From a virus (Duplodnaviria; Heunggongvirae; Uroviricota; Caudoviricetes), in IMG/VR virus record IMGVR_UViG_2859657292_000001: a stretch of DNA of 39,932 nt. One strand, 5' to 3'. Below the pieces are notes generated by a model. It did no database searches. It saw only the letters and a list, made by a program, of their open reading frames with translations, and was not told where the DNA came from. Position numbers and translations under genes: made by a program. Positions 1 through 6,905 of the stretch are shown one piece after another. The number at the start of each line of letters is the position of its first letter. The stretch's first letter is position 1.

Positions 1-54
1 GTACGTGATGGGCTGAAAGAGCTTCACGATCAGGCGAGAGAAGCACTCGGTTAA
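1..54 (+). CDS. 3' end of an upstream gene (partial, ...VRDGLKELHDQAREALG*)
   Basis: Frame 1 is open from the window start to TAA at 52-54. Too short to assign a function. Confidence 0.4.
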   Translation, partial: VRDGLKELHDQAREALG

Positions 55-92
55 GTGCTATAGTCAGGTGCTTTTATATTTATGGAGTAAAT

Positions 93-791
93 ATGAAAAA
101 TATCCTACTGGCATCATTGTTGGTAGCATCGCCGGCTGCTTATGCAGCCAGCTTTGACTGCCAAAAGGCTTCGACAGAAATCGAACACAAAATCTGCGAT
201 AACGAACGCCTGTCAAAATTAGACGAACAACTTAGCGCTACCTATTCCAACGCACTCAAAGCAAACCCGGGGGACGCAGACACCTTAAAGACGGTTCAGC
301 GTCAGTGGGTAAGTATGCGTGGAAAACTCACTGGTGATAAGGCTCTGGAGCTGGCTTACCTAATCCAAATTAATGGCCTCAAGAGTTTGGATGGTTCGGC
401 CAGCACAGCGGTGGTCAATGAGACACCGAAGCCGGTGCAGAAGCAGCCTGAAGTTCAGGAAAAGACAAGCAAGGCAGACGCAAAGCAGGCTAAGAGCGGT
501 GATGAGCTAACTCTGGAGTCATTCCGAGCTAAGTATATTGAAGTTGACGGTGAATACTACAGCACGACATCCCTTCCCAGAGGGAGTTCGTTCTTATTCA
601 CCTGCGCCAGTCGCATTGCCGATGACCAAGTTAATGTCTGGAAGAAGTACGCAGCAAAAGAGGGCAAGATCGACCTTTTCTTTGAGCTTGAGAGTCGAAT
701 ACACACCGCGATGCTGAATGCCAATTTTCAGAAGCTGAATAGTGATTTAACTAAAACAGGCATTTGCGATCTGATTACCGCTGTTCCGTAA
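93..791 (+). CDS. Secreted protein with N-terminal LprI (DUF1311) lysozyme-inhibitor-like domain
   Basis: Signal peptide MKNILLASLLVASPAAYA, then the LprI-type pattern SFDCQKAST.IEHKIC....LSKLDEQLSATY...QRQW. RBS GGAG at 84-87. Confidence 0.75.
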   Translation: MKNILLASLLVASPAAYAASFDCQKASTEIEHKICDNERLSKLDEQLSATYSNALKANPGDADTLKTVQRQWVSMRGKLTGDKALELAYLIQINGLKSLDGSASTAVVNETPKPVQKQPEVQEKTSKADAKQAKSGDELTLESFRAKYIEVDGEYYSTTSLPRGSSFLFTCASRIADDQVNVWKKYAAKEGKIDLFFELESRIHTAMLNANFQKLNSDLTKTGICDLITAVP

Positions 792-798
792 GCCAGAT

Positions 799-819
799 AA
801 GGCCACTATTTGTGGCCTT
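799..819. terminator. Hairpin between convergent genes (AAGGCCAC-TATTT-GTGGCCTT)
   Basis: 8-bp stem between the stop at 791 (+) and the stop at 847 (-). Confidence 0.6.
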
Positions 820-832
820 AAACAATTTGTTT
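820..832. promoter_or_regulatory. Motif A palindromic operator AAACAATTTGTTT
   Basis: Perfect 6-1-6 palindrome, one of about 10 copies in the window. Confidence 0.55.
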
Positions 833-846
833 AATTAGTGGTGTAA

Positions 847-1050
847 TTATTGGAATCCCAGGCGAACTAAATCCATTGGGCAGAACAGACCTTCCACACC
901 TTCGATAGACACGCAGTCAGAACGGCGTAATTGTTCTTCTGATTTGCCCTCACCGCAAATTTCCTTGATGACTCCCGTTGCACCACTCGTTGCCACCATC
1001 ACACGGCTGCCGGTAGTGATAGCGTTACGGTTGCGATCATAGGTTTTCAT
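847..1050 (-). CDS. ydfZ: YdfZ-family small protein (putative selenium-binding)
   Basis: MKTYDRNRNAITTGSRVMV...EQLRR...CPMDLVRLG closely matches E. coli YdfZ as recalled; same 67-aa length. RBS AAGGAGG upstream. Confidence 0.85.
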   Translation of the reverse strand: MKTYDRNRNAITTGSRVMVATSGATGVIKEICGEGKSEEQLRRSDCVSIEGVEGLFCPMDLVRLGFQ

Positions 1051-1135
1051 CGTTTCCTCCTTTCACTTGGGTCAAATCATGTGTCAAAAAATGCCGTTTT
1101 CCATGTATGTGCGATTTGCAAAATCTCAAGTGCCG

Positions 1136-1148
1136 AAACAAATTGTTT
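1136..1148. promoter_or_regulatory. Motif A operator AAACAAATTGTTT
   Basis: Perfect palindrome in the divergent ydfZ / SOS-gene intergenic region. Confidence 0.6.
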
Positions 1149-1180
1149 TCACCACCTTGTTATTCCCTTAACCCGCAAAG

Positions 1181-1223
1181 TTGACCGGTACTGCAATAAG
1201 CACTACTGTTTATATATACAGTA
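1181..1223 (+). promoter_or_regulatory. Sigma70 promoter (TTGACC-N17-TACTGT) overlapped by a LexA SOS box TACTGTTTATATATACAGTA
   Basis: 1204-1223 differs by one base from the consensus TACTGTATATATATACAGTA. -35 at 1181-1186, -10 at 1204-1209. Confidence 0.85.
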
Positions 1224-1239
1224 TTGTGGGGCGGGAAAA

Positions 1240-1506
1240 ATGGGCAGCAAGAATTCCAAATATGATATCGTCTATATAGGCGAAGCACTCAAACACCTGA
1301 TACCAGGACAGTTCGTTTTCTTCCAACGTGAAAAAGAATACGGTGGGGGATTCTGGCTTGGCAAAACGCATGATGATGGGTTCGAATTTGTGCTGGAGCA
1401 ACCCACTTCACTTAGTTACGGGCTTGCGTATCTGATCAGATTGTCGAGTGTCGAAGCCAGGTATATGGAGTTTGTTGATGACATAGACGACTTCAAACTG
1501 ACCTAA
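1240..1506 (+). CDS. SOS-inducible small hypothetical protein (88 aa, MGSKNSKYDIVY...)
   Basis: ATG at 1240 lies 16 nt after the LexA box. The longer ORF-track start at 1081 would run through the promoter and is unlikely. Confidence 0.75.
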   Translation: MGSKNSKYDIVYIGEALKHLIPGQFVFFQREKEYGGGFWLGKTHDDGFEFVLEQPTSLSYGLAYLIRLSSVEARYMEFVDDIDDFKLT

Positions 1507-1515
1507 TCATCCCTT

Positions 1516-1585
1516 AAACATCTTGTTTTCTGCCTTTTGTTATTTGAGATAATAACACCAATAAGAAAACAAATTGTTTAAGGAG
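1516..1585 (+). promoter_or_regulatory. Early-type expression cassette: motif A (1516-1528), extended -10 TGaGATAAT (1545-1553), motif A (1567-1579), RBS AAGGAG
   Basis: Same layout recurs at about 4331, 4931, 5876 and 6371. Confidence 0.65.
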
Positions 1586-1591
1586 TTGATC

Positions 1592-1828
1592 ATGTTCGGA
1601 ACCGCAAAAGACATCATCGAAAAGCTGGAGAACTACCCAGAAGACGAGCCGCTGCTGATGGTGATGTGGCACAAGGAAGATGTAGGTGAAGTGCGACCAG
1701 ACCTGACTGACGAACAGTGCGTTCAGGTTTTGCGAAAAATCAAAGAGTGCCATGACGCCAGCGTCGGCGTGAATTGGGATGTCATCTCTGACACGGCCGA
1801 CACTCTGTTTCCAAAGGAGAAGGCATGA
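1592..1828 (+). CDS. DUF1380-like protein (family known from plasmid leading regions)
   Basis: MFGTAKDIIEKLENYPEDEPLLMVMWHKEDV...LTDEQCVQVLRKI resembles the DUF1380 N-terminus (MYGT...YP.D.PLML.IW..E). AAGGAG RBS. Confidence 0.6.
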   Translation: MFGTAKDIIEKLENYPEDEPLLMVMWHKEDVGEVRPDLTDEQCVQVLRKIKECHDASVGVNWDVISDTADTLFPKEKA

Positions 1829-2145
1829 TGCTGAAAATCACCGAATCGTATAAGACGGCGGTGATCAGCACCGCCCACGTTACACAGCATGACTCTGAGT
1901 GTCTGCCTAATATCTGTTTCGACCCACTAACAGATCGTGGACTGAATTGGGTACACGGCACGGAGTACGGATGGATTGTCCGCGCAGGTATGCGCGGCAA
2001 CGACTGGAAAGAAGAGCTGCGTGATTACGGCGTCACATGGCAAACTATCGAGAATATCCAGAAGGTAATGGATGCCGGCTTTGACGCGGTACATTTCGAC
2101 TGTGACGCTGATATAGTCGATGGTCTGGAAAGTTGGACATGGTGA
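1825..2145 (+). CDS. DUF5983-like hypothetical protein
   Basis: Motifs ISTAHVT, EYGWIV and HFDCDA...GL..W are typical of this family as recalled. ATGA overlap with the upstream gene. Confidence 0.55.
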   Translation: MMLKITESYKTAVISTAHVTQHDSECLPNICFDPLTDRGLNWVHGTEYGWIVRAGMRGNDWKEELRDYGVTWQTIENIQKVMDAGFDAVHFDCDADIVDGLESWTW

Positions 2146-2157
2146 GGTAAGGGATAA

Positions 2158-2556
2158 ATGAAATATGCACCAGTGGCACTGATATTTTGGGCGGTTTCTG
2201 CTAATGCCGTATCAGTTGAGGAGCCTAACACTGTCGTGTACCCACGATGCACGAAAATAGATCCGGAAACATACCAACGGCTACCAGGCTATAACGTTGT
2301 TATGGATATAGGTAACAAATTCAAAATTGTTTCTCCTAACGGGAATGCTGTTATTTCCTTACCGCTTGGCCAAAGCGAAAAGGATAAGAACATGTACGAC
2401 GCCTCAGTCGGTGGAGTCTACTTCTCTCGTTACCACGTTCAACCGGATGGTAATTTTCTCTACTCAGCCTGGAGCGAGAAAGCGAAAGTTACAGTGCTAT
2501 GCAATGGCAAAAGCGGCGAGCGCCACTTCGTTGACCCTGTTCATTTCGAGAACTGA
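2158..2556 (+). CDS. Hypothetical exported protein
   Basis: Signal-peptide-like N-terminus MKYAPVALIFWAVSANA; RBS AAGGGA. Confidence 0.65.
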   Translation: MKYAPVALIFWAVSANAVSVEEPNTVVYPRCTKIDPETYQRLPGYNVVMDIGNKFKIVSPNGNAVISLPLGQSEKDKNMYDASVGGVYFSRYHVQPDGNFLYSAWSEKAKVTVLCNGKSGERHFVDPVHFEN

Positions 2557-2912
2557 CAACGACAAGTAGACAAATCAACTCGTTGACATTGGCGGTCACA
2601 AATTGAGGATTTCTATAAGAGTCCGTTGATCGCCACTTTCCCCACCCCTACAACCTACCCCAGCCCAGGCGTGACAAGGCATTTAAGCCAATTACACCCA
2701 TAAGAAAACAAATAAATAACACATCAACGTAAAGTCAACGCTTTCCCCTGATTTGGTCTAAAAAGTTGACGTTTTCGCACGCCATCTCTTATACCCAAAA
2801 TCCTGCGCACCAGAATCCATCTCTCTGCGACTAAAACGCCAAAAACGACTCGTGATACCACCCCAAAACAGACACACTCAGAAGCGCTCCCGTTGCGTTA
2901 TATTGGACGTCT

Positions 2913-2925
2913 AAACAAGTTGTTT
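2913..2925. promoter_or_regulatory. Motif A operator AAACAAGTTGTTT (half-site copies at 2706-2718 and 2938-2950)
   Basis: Perfect palindrome inside the non-coding region. Confidence 0.55.
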
Positions 2926-2997
2926 TCATGCACAAGAAAACAAGTTAACCACACCCACAGGAAACTCAGAGACGCCATTAGCCGCAATCCCGGAAAC

Positions 2998-3081
2998 ACC
3001 CACCTCTTCCTGTCAGGCTACCGAAAAGACCCACCTCTTTGCCACAGGCTACAGACCACCCACCTAATCTTCCCAGGCTAC
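2998..3081 (+). repeat. Three direct repeats ACCCACCT-N8-CAGGCTAC
   Basis: Copies start at 2998, 3029 and 3058 with identical flanking octamers and a fixed 8-nt spacer. Confidence 0.8.
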
Positions 3082-3115
3082 CGAGAACGCAGCTCGCGCA
3101 CGCAAACCCCTACAC

Positions 3116-3371
3116 GCCATTACCCAATACACGGAGAAGAACAGCCAGAACGAAACCCCGGACAAACCCAGACTAGAACAGGAACCGTCGCCATCTCGTT
3201 TACCCACCATTACCCCGAAAGAGAGCGCAAATTCCTGAATAGCAGGGAACGCCATTACTTCATATGCGGACAACAACAAAAGCGCCCTAATGCCATTACC
3301 CACACTTCCATCATTTCACGTAAACGAAGAGAAAAGCGCACCTGCCATTACTCCATACACGGAGAAGAACA
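3116..3371 (+). repeat. GCCATTAC repeat family, including a 28-bp near-duplicate (3116-3143 / 3344-3371)
   Basis: GCCATTACCCAATACACGGAGAAGAACA vs GCCATTACTCCATACACGGAGAAGAACA, with further (G/A)CCATTAC copies between them. Confidence 0.65.
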
Positions 3372-3679
3372 CTCACCAAAACGACGATAACAACCCAGAC
3401 GAAAACACAGAGAAAAACCGCCTCAAGAACAACGAAACCACATACGCCGGTAGAGAGAACAAACCACCCATTTCACCCAAAGGAATACTCGCCGTATAGA
3501 GCGTTATCAGGGGGAAGGTTTGCACGTTCATAGGAGAGAAAATACGTAGAGATTTAACTGGAGGTATAAGTGGGAAGGGGAAGAGAGGTATCGCTACTTT
3601 CTTCGTAGAAATTCAAGCCATAGTTTTTGTCACCCGTAATGTCTCTCTCCACCCCTTCGGTCAGCCTTCGGGCCATCCA

Positions 3680-3808
3680 GGGAAAAGGCCGTTTCCCTTT
3701 TCACGAACGGGAGCATCGCCGCAGGGTAAAGGCTGGAGGTTTTCAGGGAAACGGTGGGAATCCCGCTATACGAACCGGGAAAAGGCTGGCTGCCGGTCGG
3801 GAAACGGG
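3680..3808 (+). repeat. Five copies of GGGWAAMGG
   Basis: Starts at 3680, 3724, 3746, 3777 and 3799. Confidence 0.6.
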
Positions 3809-3994
3809 TACATCCCGGTACAGAGCGAGGGACGGCTGCGGGAGTATGCCTTTTCCTCATTCACCTGAAGAGTGCGGGAATTGGTGAATCCCGCAGTTGA
3901 GCGTTGGGACCAGATCAGCTTCGCACGCTCATATCGGGAAGCTAGATCTAGTGTAAAGGGTTACGGGTTTTGGTGGTGAAATCGCCGAGGACGT

Positions 3995-4237
3995 TTATTC
4001 GAAAATCTCACTGCCCTGATTCGCATCGTCCCTGTTGTCCCACAAATCATCGAGCGCCTCTTCTCTTGTCCCGAAGGGGCCGGAGACGACAGGTGCGCTT
4101 GAACTGGTATCGTCCAGCTCTGTGTAAATCTGACCGTTAACCAAAACGACGCGTCCGACAGCGATGCCGCCATGTAGCAACTCGCCTCTTTCGGCGTCGA
4201 TGCTGAAGTACCCGTCTGTGTAGTCTTTAGTGCTCAT
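3995..4237 (-). CDS. Small acidic hypothetical protein (80 aa)
   Basis: ATG at 4237 with AGAGGGAA RBS upstream; acidic composition. Confidence 0.6.
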   Translation of the reverse strand: MSTKDYTDGYFSIDAERGELLHGGIAVGRVVLVNGQIYTELDDTSSSAPVVSGPFGTREEALDDLWDNRDDANQGSEIFE

Positions 4238-4330
4238 CACATTCCCTCTGAGTTAGCCAGATACATACATAGCAATAAATCGGCACAAGCACATCAGCCT
4301 TTAAGGAATTCTTTTTCCCCGATTTCTTAT

Positions 4331-4376
4331 TGCGATAATAACACCAACAAGAAAACAACATGTTTAGACAATGGAG
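4331..4376 (+). promoter_or_regulatory. Early-type cassette: TGcGATAAT, ACACCAACAAGA, motif A variant AAACAACATGTTT (4353-4365), RBS GGAG
   Basis: Near-identical to the cassettes at 1545, 5876 and 6371. Confidence 0.65.
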
Positions 4377-4382
4377 AAACAC

Positions 4383-4604
4383 ATGTACAAGCATCTGAAT
4401 ATCAGCATCACCCTCTGTGGCGAGGAAGAGTCCCCCGAGTGTGAGATCTCCCTCGATGACGTTATCCGTTCCCAGGATGTTGCTGGTCGCGTGGCGACGC
4501 TCATCTCTGAAGGATATAGAAAAGGGACGTTTGATTTCCATATCGAGGACAACCCAATGTCCGTCGCGTGGAACTGCACGACGTCAGAAACGAAGTTAGG
4601 GTGA
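4383..4604 (+). CDS. Hypothetical protein (MYKHLNISITLC..., 73 aa)
   Basis: GGAG RBS at 4373-4376 favours ATG 4383; directly downstream of the cassette. Confidence 0.65.
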   Translation: MYKHLNISITLCGEEESPECEISLDDVIRSQDVAGRVATLISEGYRKGTFDFHIEDNPMSVAWNCTTSETKLG

Positions 4605-4608
4605 AGAG

Positions 4609-4827
4609 ATGATTAAGATGCCTGTGATGGTTGAGGTGTGGAGCGTGGATTCCCTGGCTGAGTGTCTGGATGCTGTGGGGCCGGAGTTGTACCGCAAGTT
4701 GTGGTCTTTCGTCCCGGCTGAAGGGGAATCACCCAAAGGGAAGGATATCTGGCATCTGCTCAGTGAAGATGAACAGCGGGAGCTGGTGGACGCGGTACAC
4801 ATCGAGTTCCCGGACGACGAAGATTAA
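4609..4827 (+). CDS. Small acidic hypothetical protein (72 aa)
   Basis: Follows the previous gene by 4 nt and is followed by a terminator hairpin. Confidence 0.7.
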   Translation: MIKMPVMVEVWSVDSLAECLDAVGPELYRKLWSFVPAEGESPKGKDIWHLLSEDEQRELVDAVHIEFPDDED

Positions 4828-4832
4828 GAGTG

Positions 4833-4856
4833 AGGCCACCAGCACGGTGGCTTTTT
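4833..4856 (+). terminator. Intrinsic terminator GCCACC-AGCAC-GGTGGC-TTTTT
   Basis: GC stem plus U-tract directly after the stop at 4827. Confidence 0.75.
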
Positions 4857-4930
4857 GCTGTTTGCAACCTCCGGGGCAGCGCAGCACCGTAACGCTATGC
4901 TTTGTAGCCGTTTTCTCGCTGGTATTGTTT

Positions 4931-4961
4931 ACACCAACAAGAAAACAAGTTGTTTACGGAG
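4931..4961 (+). promoter_or_regulatory. Cassette ACACCAACAAGA + motif A AAACAAGTTGTTT (4943-4955) + RBS GGAG
   Basis: Exact match to the cassette core. Confidence 0.65.
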
Positions 4962-4967
4962 TGAATT

Positions 4968-5279
4968 ATGAAAAACGCGATGATCACCAAACTGAGCGCG
5001 GGCCAGCCACGTAAAGAAAAACCAACCGTAATGAGCCAGCTGACCCTGCTCGATATCATCGCCAACGGCACTGCCATTCGCCTGTTCAAAGAGACGCTGG
5101 TCTCGTTCGACAATGGTTCCCGCACGCGTTACGTAATGAGTGTGCGTCGCCAGAGTGGGAGAGGGTGGATGGCAAAACAGATCATCTGGCCGGAAGGAGA
5201 GCTGGAACAGGCGCTACTGGAAGCGAACAAAGTAGCCCAGCAAGAAATCCAGCGTGCCTCTCTCCTGGCGACAGCCTGA
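4968..5279 (+). CDS. Hypothetical protein (103 aa)
   Basis: GGAG RBS, downstream of the cassette, followed by a terminator. Confidence 0.7.
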   Translation: MKNAMITKLSAGQPRKEKPTVMSQLTLLDIIANGTAIRLFKETLVSFDNGSRTRYVMSVRRQSGRGWMAKQIIWPEGELEQALLEANKVAQQEIQRASLLATA

Positions 5280-5311
5280 CATGTGCAAAAGCGATTAGTC
5301 GTCCCTACGAC

Positions 5312-5339
5312 AGCCCCGTCCATCCTTCGGGGCTTTTTT
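5312..5339 (+). terminator. Intrinsic terminator AGCCCCG...CGGGGCT-TTTTT
   Basis: 7-bp stem plus U-tract. Confidence 0.7.
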
Positions 5340-5349
5340 GCTTACCCGT

Positions 5350-5374
5350 ATTGTAAGTGCTTACCTATGACAAT
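5350..5374 (+). promoter_or_regulatory. Motif B variant ATTGTAAGTGCTTACCTA followed by -10-like GACAAT
   Basis: Right arm is identical to the motif B consensus; left arm is degenerate. Confidence 0.45.
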
Positions 5375-5407
5375 AATATAATCAGGTCAACAACAGGGAG
5401 ACCAAAA

Positions 5408-5803
5408 ATGACTGTAATTCGTGAAAACCTGGTTCTTGATTTGTACTATGCGTCAGAAACAACCTCAGGCGGAAAAGTTGCAAAACTGACCGCTATTCTG
5501 CGTGACAGCACGAACGGGACTGAAGTGCTCACCACCACCCTGATCCGCACCGGGACAGAAGAGGATTGGGTGTACACCGTAGGCTTCCAGAGCATCAGCG
5601 ACGCATCCGAACCAATGCTGCTGAAACTGGAAACGTATTTCCGCGGCGTAGACAAAGAGATGTTTGAGAAGATGATGGTGAAAGCAGACGAGCTGTACAC
5701 CTCCTACTTGAACCCGAGCAACACCTGGCTTGGACAATACGGTCTGCGCATCGTGTCCAACGAACCGGTTGAAAACTACATCCCGGAAAGCGTATTCGCT
5801 TAA
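5408..5803 (+). CDS. Hypothetical protein (131 aa, MTVIRENLVLDLYY...)
   Basis: RBS AGGGAG at 5395-5400 favours ATG 5408. Confidence 0.75.
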   Translation: MTVIRENLVLDLYYASETTSGGKVAKLTAILRDSTNGTEVLTTTLIRTGTEEDWVYTVGFQSISDASEPMLLKLETYFRGVDKEMFEKMMVKADELYTSYLNPSNTWLGQYGLRIVSNEPVENYIPESVFA

Positions 5804-5810
5804 TCCCTCC

Positions 5811-5836
5811 AATGGCGCGTACCCCGCGCCATTTTC
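5811..5836 (+). terminator. Intrinsic terminator AATGGCGCG...CGCGCCATT-TT
   Basis: 9-bp stem directly after the stop. Confidence 0.7.
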
Positions 5837-5875
5837 TTATCCCCGATAACAAAATGTTTTTTGCCTTATCCACAG

Positions 5876-5922
5876 TGCGATAATTACACCAACAAGAAAA
5901 CAAGATGTTTACGCATTGAGGA
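5876..5922 (+). promoter_or_regulatory. Early-type cassette: TGcGATAAT, ACACCAACAAGA, motif A variant AAACAAGATGTTT (5898-5910), RBS GAGGA
   Basis: Same layout as the other cassettes. Confidence 0.65.
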
Positions 5923-5929
5923 TATGCAC

Positions 5930-6211
5930 ATGACCGATTTCACTATCTCCCCTAAAGCTGAAAACGTATGGCTGGAATCCTGGCTCGACCTGTCGCCGGA
6001 AGAACAGCAGGAAATGGATCACGTTGAACAGGACGAACAATGTGATGCCCGCTTCTTCCGCTTTGAGGACAGCGTTTATGATATTGCCGACTTCATGCGC
6101 GATGACCGCTTCCCGGACTGGCACGCAGGCTACCCATTAAATGCCTTCGCCATGCTGATGATCCGCGTGGATGGCTCCGGCGATACCATCGACGTCGGTC
6201 TGCTCCACTAA
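5930..6211 (+). CDS. Very acidic small hypothetical protein (93 aa)
   Basis: GAGGA RBS 7 nt upstream; 22 D/E versus 6 K/R. Confidence 0.7.
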   Translation: MTDFTISPKAENVWLESWLDLSPEEQQEMDHVEQDEQCDARFFRFEDSVYDIADFMRDDRFPDWHAGYPLNAFAMLMIRVDGSGDTIDVGLLH

Positions 6212-6218
6212 GAGAACG

Positions 6219-6242
6219 AGGCCACCCACGCCGGTGGCCTTA
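6219..6242 (+). terminator. Hairpin AGGCCACC...GGTGGCCT
   Basis: 8-bp stem after the stop at 6211; related in sequence to the hairpin at 4833. Confidence 0.55.
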
Positions 6243-6246
6243 AATG

Positions 6247-6298
6247 ACCATCCTGTTTCCCGCAGGCTAAAAACACCCACCTCTTGTCGCCAGGCTAC
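6247..6298 (+). repeat. Two more copies of the ACCCACCT-N8-CAGGCTAC family
   Basis: ACCATCCT-N8-CAGGCTAA at 6247 and an exact copy at 6275. Confidence 0.7.
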
Positions 6299-6370
6299 CG
6301 AACAACCCTCCGACTCCCTGCCGGCCACCAGCTGCCGGAACAGAACGCTTGGACGCCTTATGCGCGTAGC

Positions 6371-6408
6371 GATAATTAAACCAACAAGAAAACAAGTTGT
6401 TTAAAGGA
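6371..6408 (+). promoter_or_regulatory. Cassette: GATAAT, CCAACAAGA, motif A AAACAAGTTGTTT (6390-6402), RBS AAGGA
   Basis: Matches the cassette family. Confidence 0.65.
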
Positions 6409-6416
6409 TTATCACC

Positions 6417-6899
6417 ATGAACTTTATCGCTACTGTTAACACCCCTGCGCATGGCCATATTTCTGTGACGTTCTCTGATAACGAGAAAAGCGTGCTGGGC
6501 GCCTGGCGTGACAATGTAACCATCGAGCTGTCCGGGAAAGAGAAACAGCAGATCACCAATGACATTATCTGCAACCGTCGCCATAAACGCGTATTTGAAA
6601 AAGCGTATGTCTCCACTTCGGGATTTGGCGTATTCATCTTCCCGGTACGCAGCGGTCGCTTCTGCCAGTCAAAACTTATCGAGTTCGCCACGCAGATCGC
6701 GCTATGGGTTAAAACAGAATCCGGGTTCGACTTCAGCGAACAGGAAGCAGTGGGGGAGGGGATGCGTATCGCCAACAATGCCATCAAGTGCAAAAACGTC
6801 ACCTACGAAGCAGGAATCGACTCGTGGAGTGTCTCGTGCGGGGAATACGTGAAAGAGGTGTACGGAAAGAACCGCATTCACATCCTGACTGGCAAGTAA
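6417..6899 (+). CDS. Hypothetical protein (160 aa)
   Basis: RBS and cassette upstream, terminator downstream. Confidence 0.75.
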   Translation: MNFIATVNTPAHGHISVTFSDNEKSVLGAWRDNVTIELSGKEKQQITNDIICNRRHKRVFEKAYVSTSGFGVFIFPVRSGRFCQSKLIEFATQIALWVKTESGFDFSEQEAVGEGMRIANNAIKCKNVTYEAGIDSWSVSCGEYVKEVYGKNRIHILTGK

Positions 6900-6905
6900 G
6901 AGGGG

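Noticed and set aside
52-80. Weak motif B-like sequence (TAAGTGCTATAGTCAGGTGCTT) upstream of the LprI gene
   Set aside because: Does not align to the 18-bp palindrome without several mismatches and gaps.
1081-1239. N-terminal extension of the SOS gene (141-aa ORF call)
   Set aside because: It would translate through the operator, promoter and LexA box; ATG 1240 is the better start.
2998-3371. Possible CRISPR-like array
   Set aside because: Repeats are short and bipartite with 8-nt gaps or irregular spacing; there are no constant-length spacers, palindromic repeats or cas genes.
2893-3887. ORF-track entries 2893-3390, 3064-3303, 3290-3499, 3627-3887, 3630-3860
   Set aside because: No RBS and low-complexity translations produced by strand-biased repeat DNA; treated as non-coding.
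5866-5874. Perfect DnaA box TTATCCACA
   Set aside because: Single copy; one 9-mer hit in 40 kb on two strands is within chance, and there is no box cluster or AT-rich unwinding element beside it.
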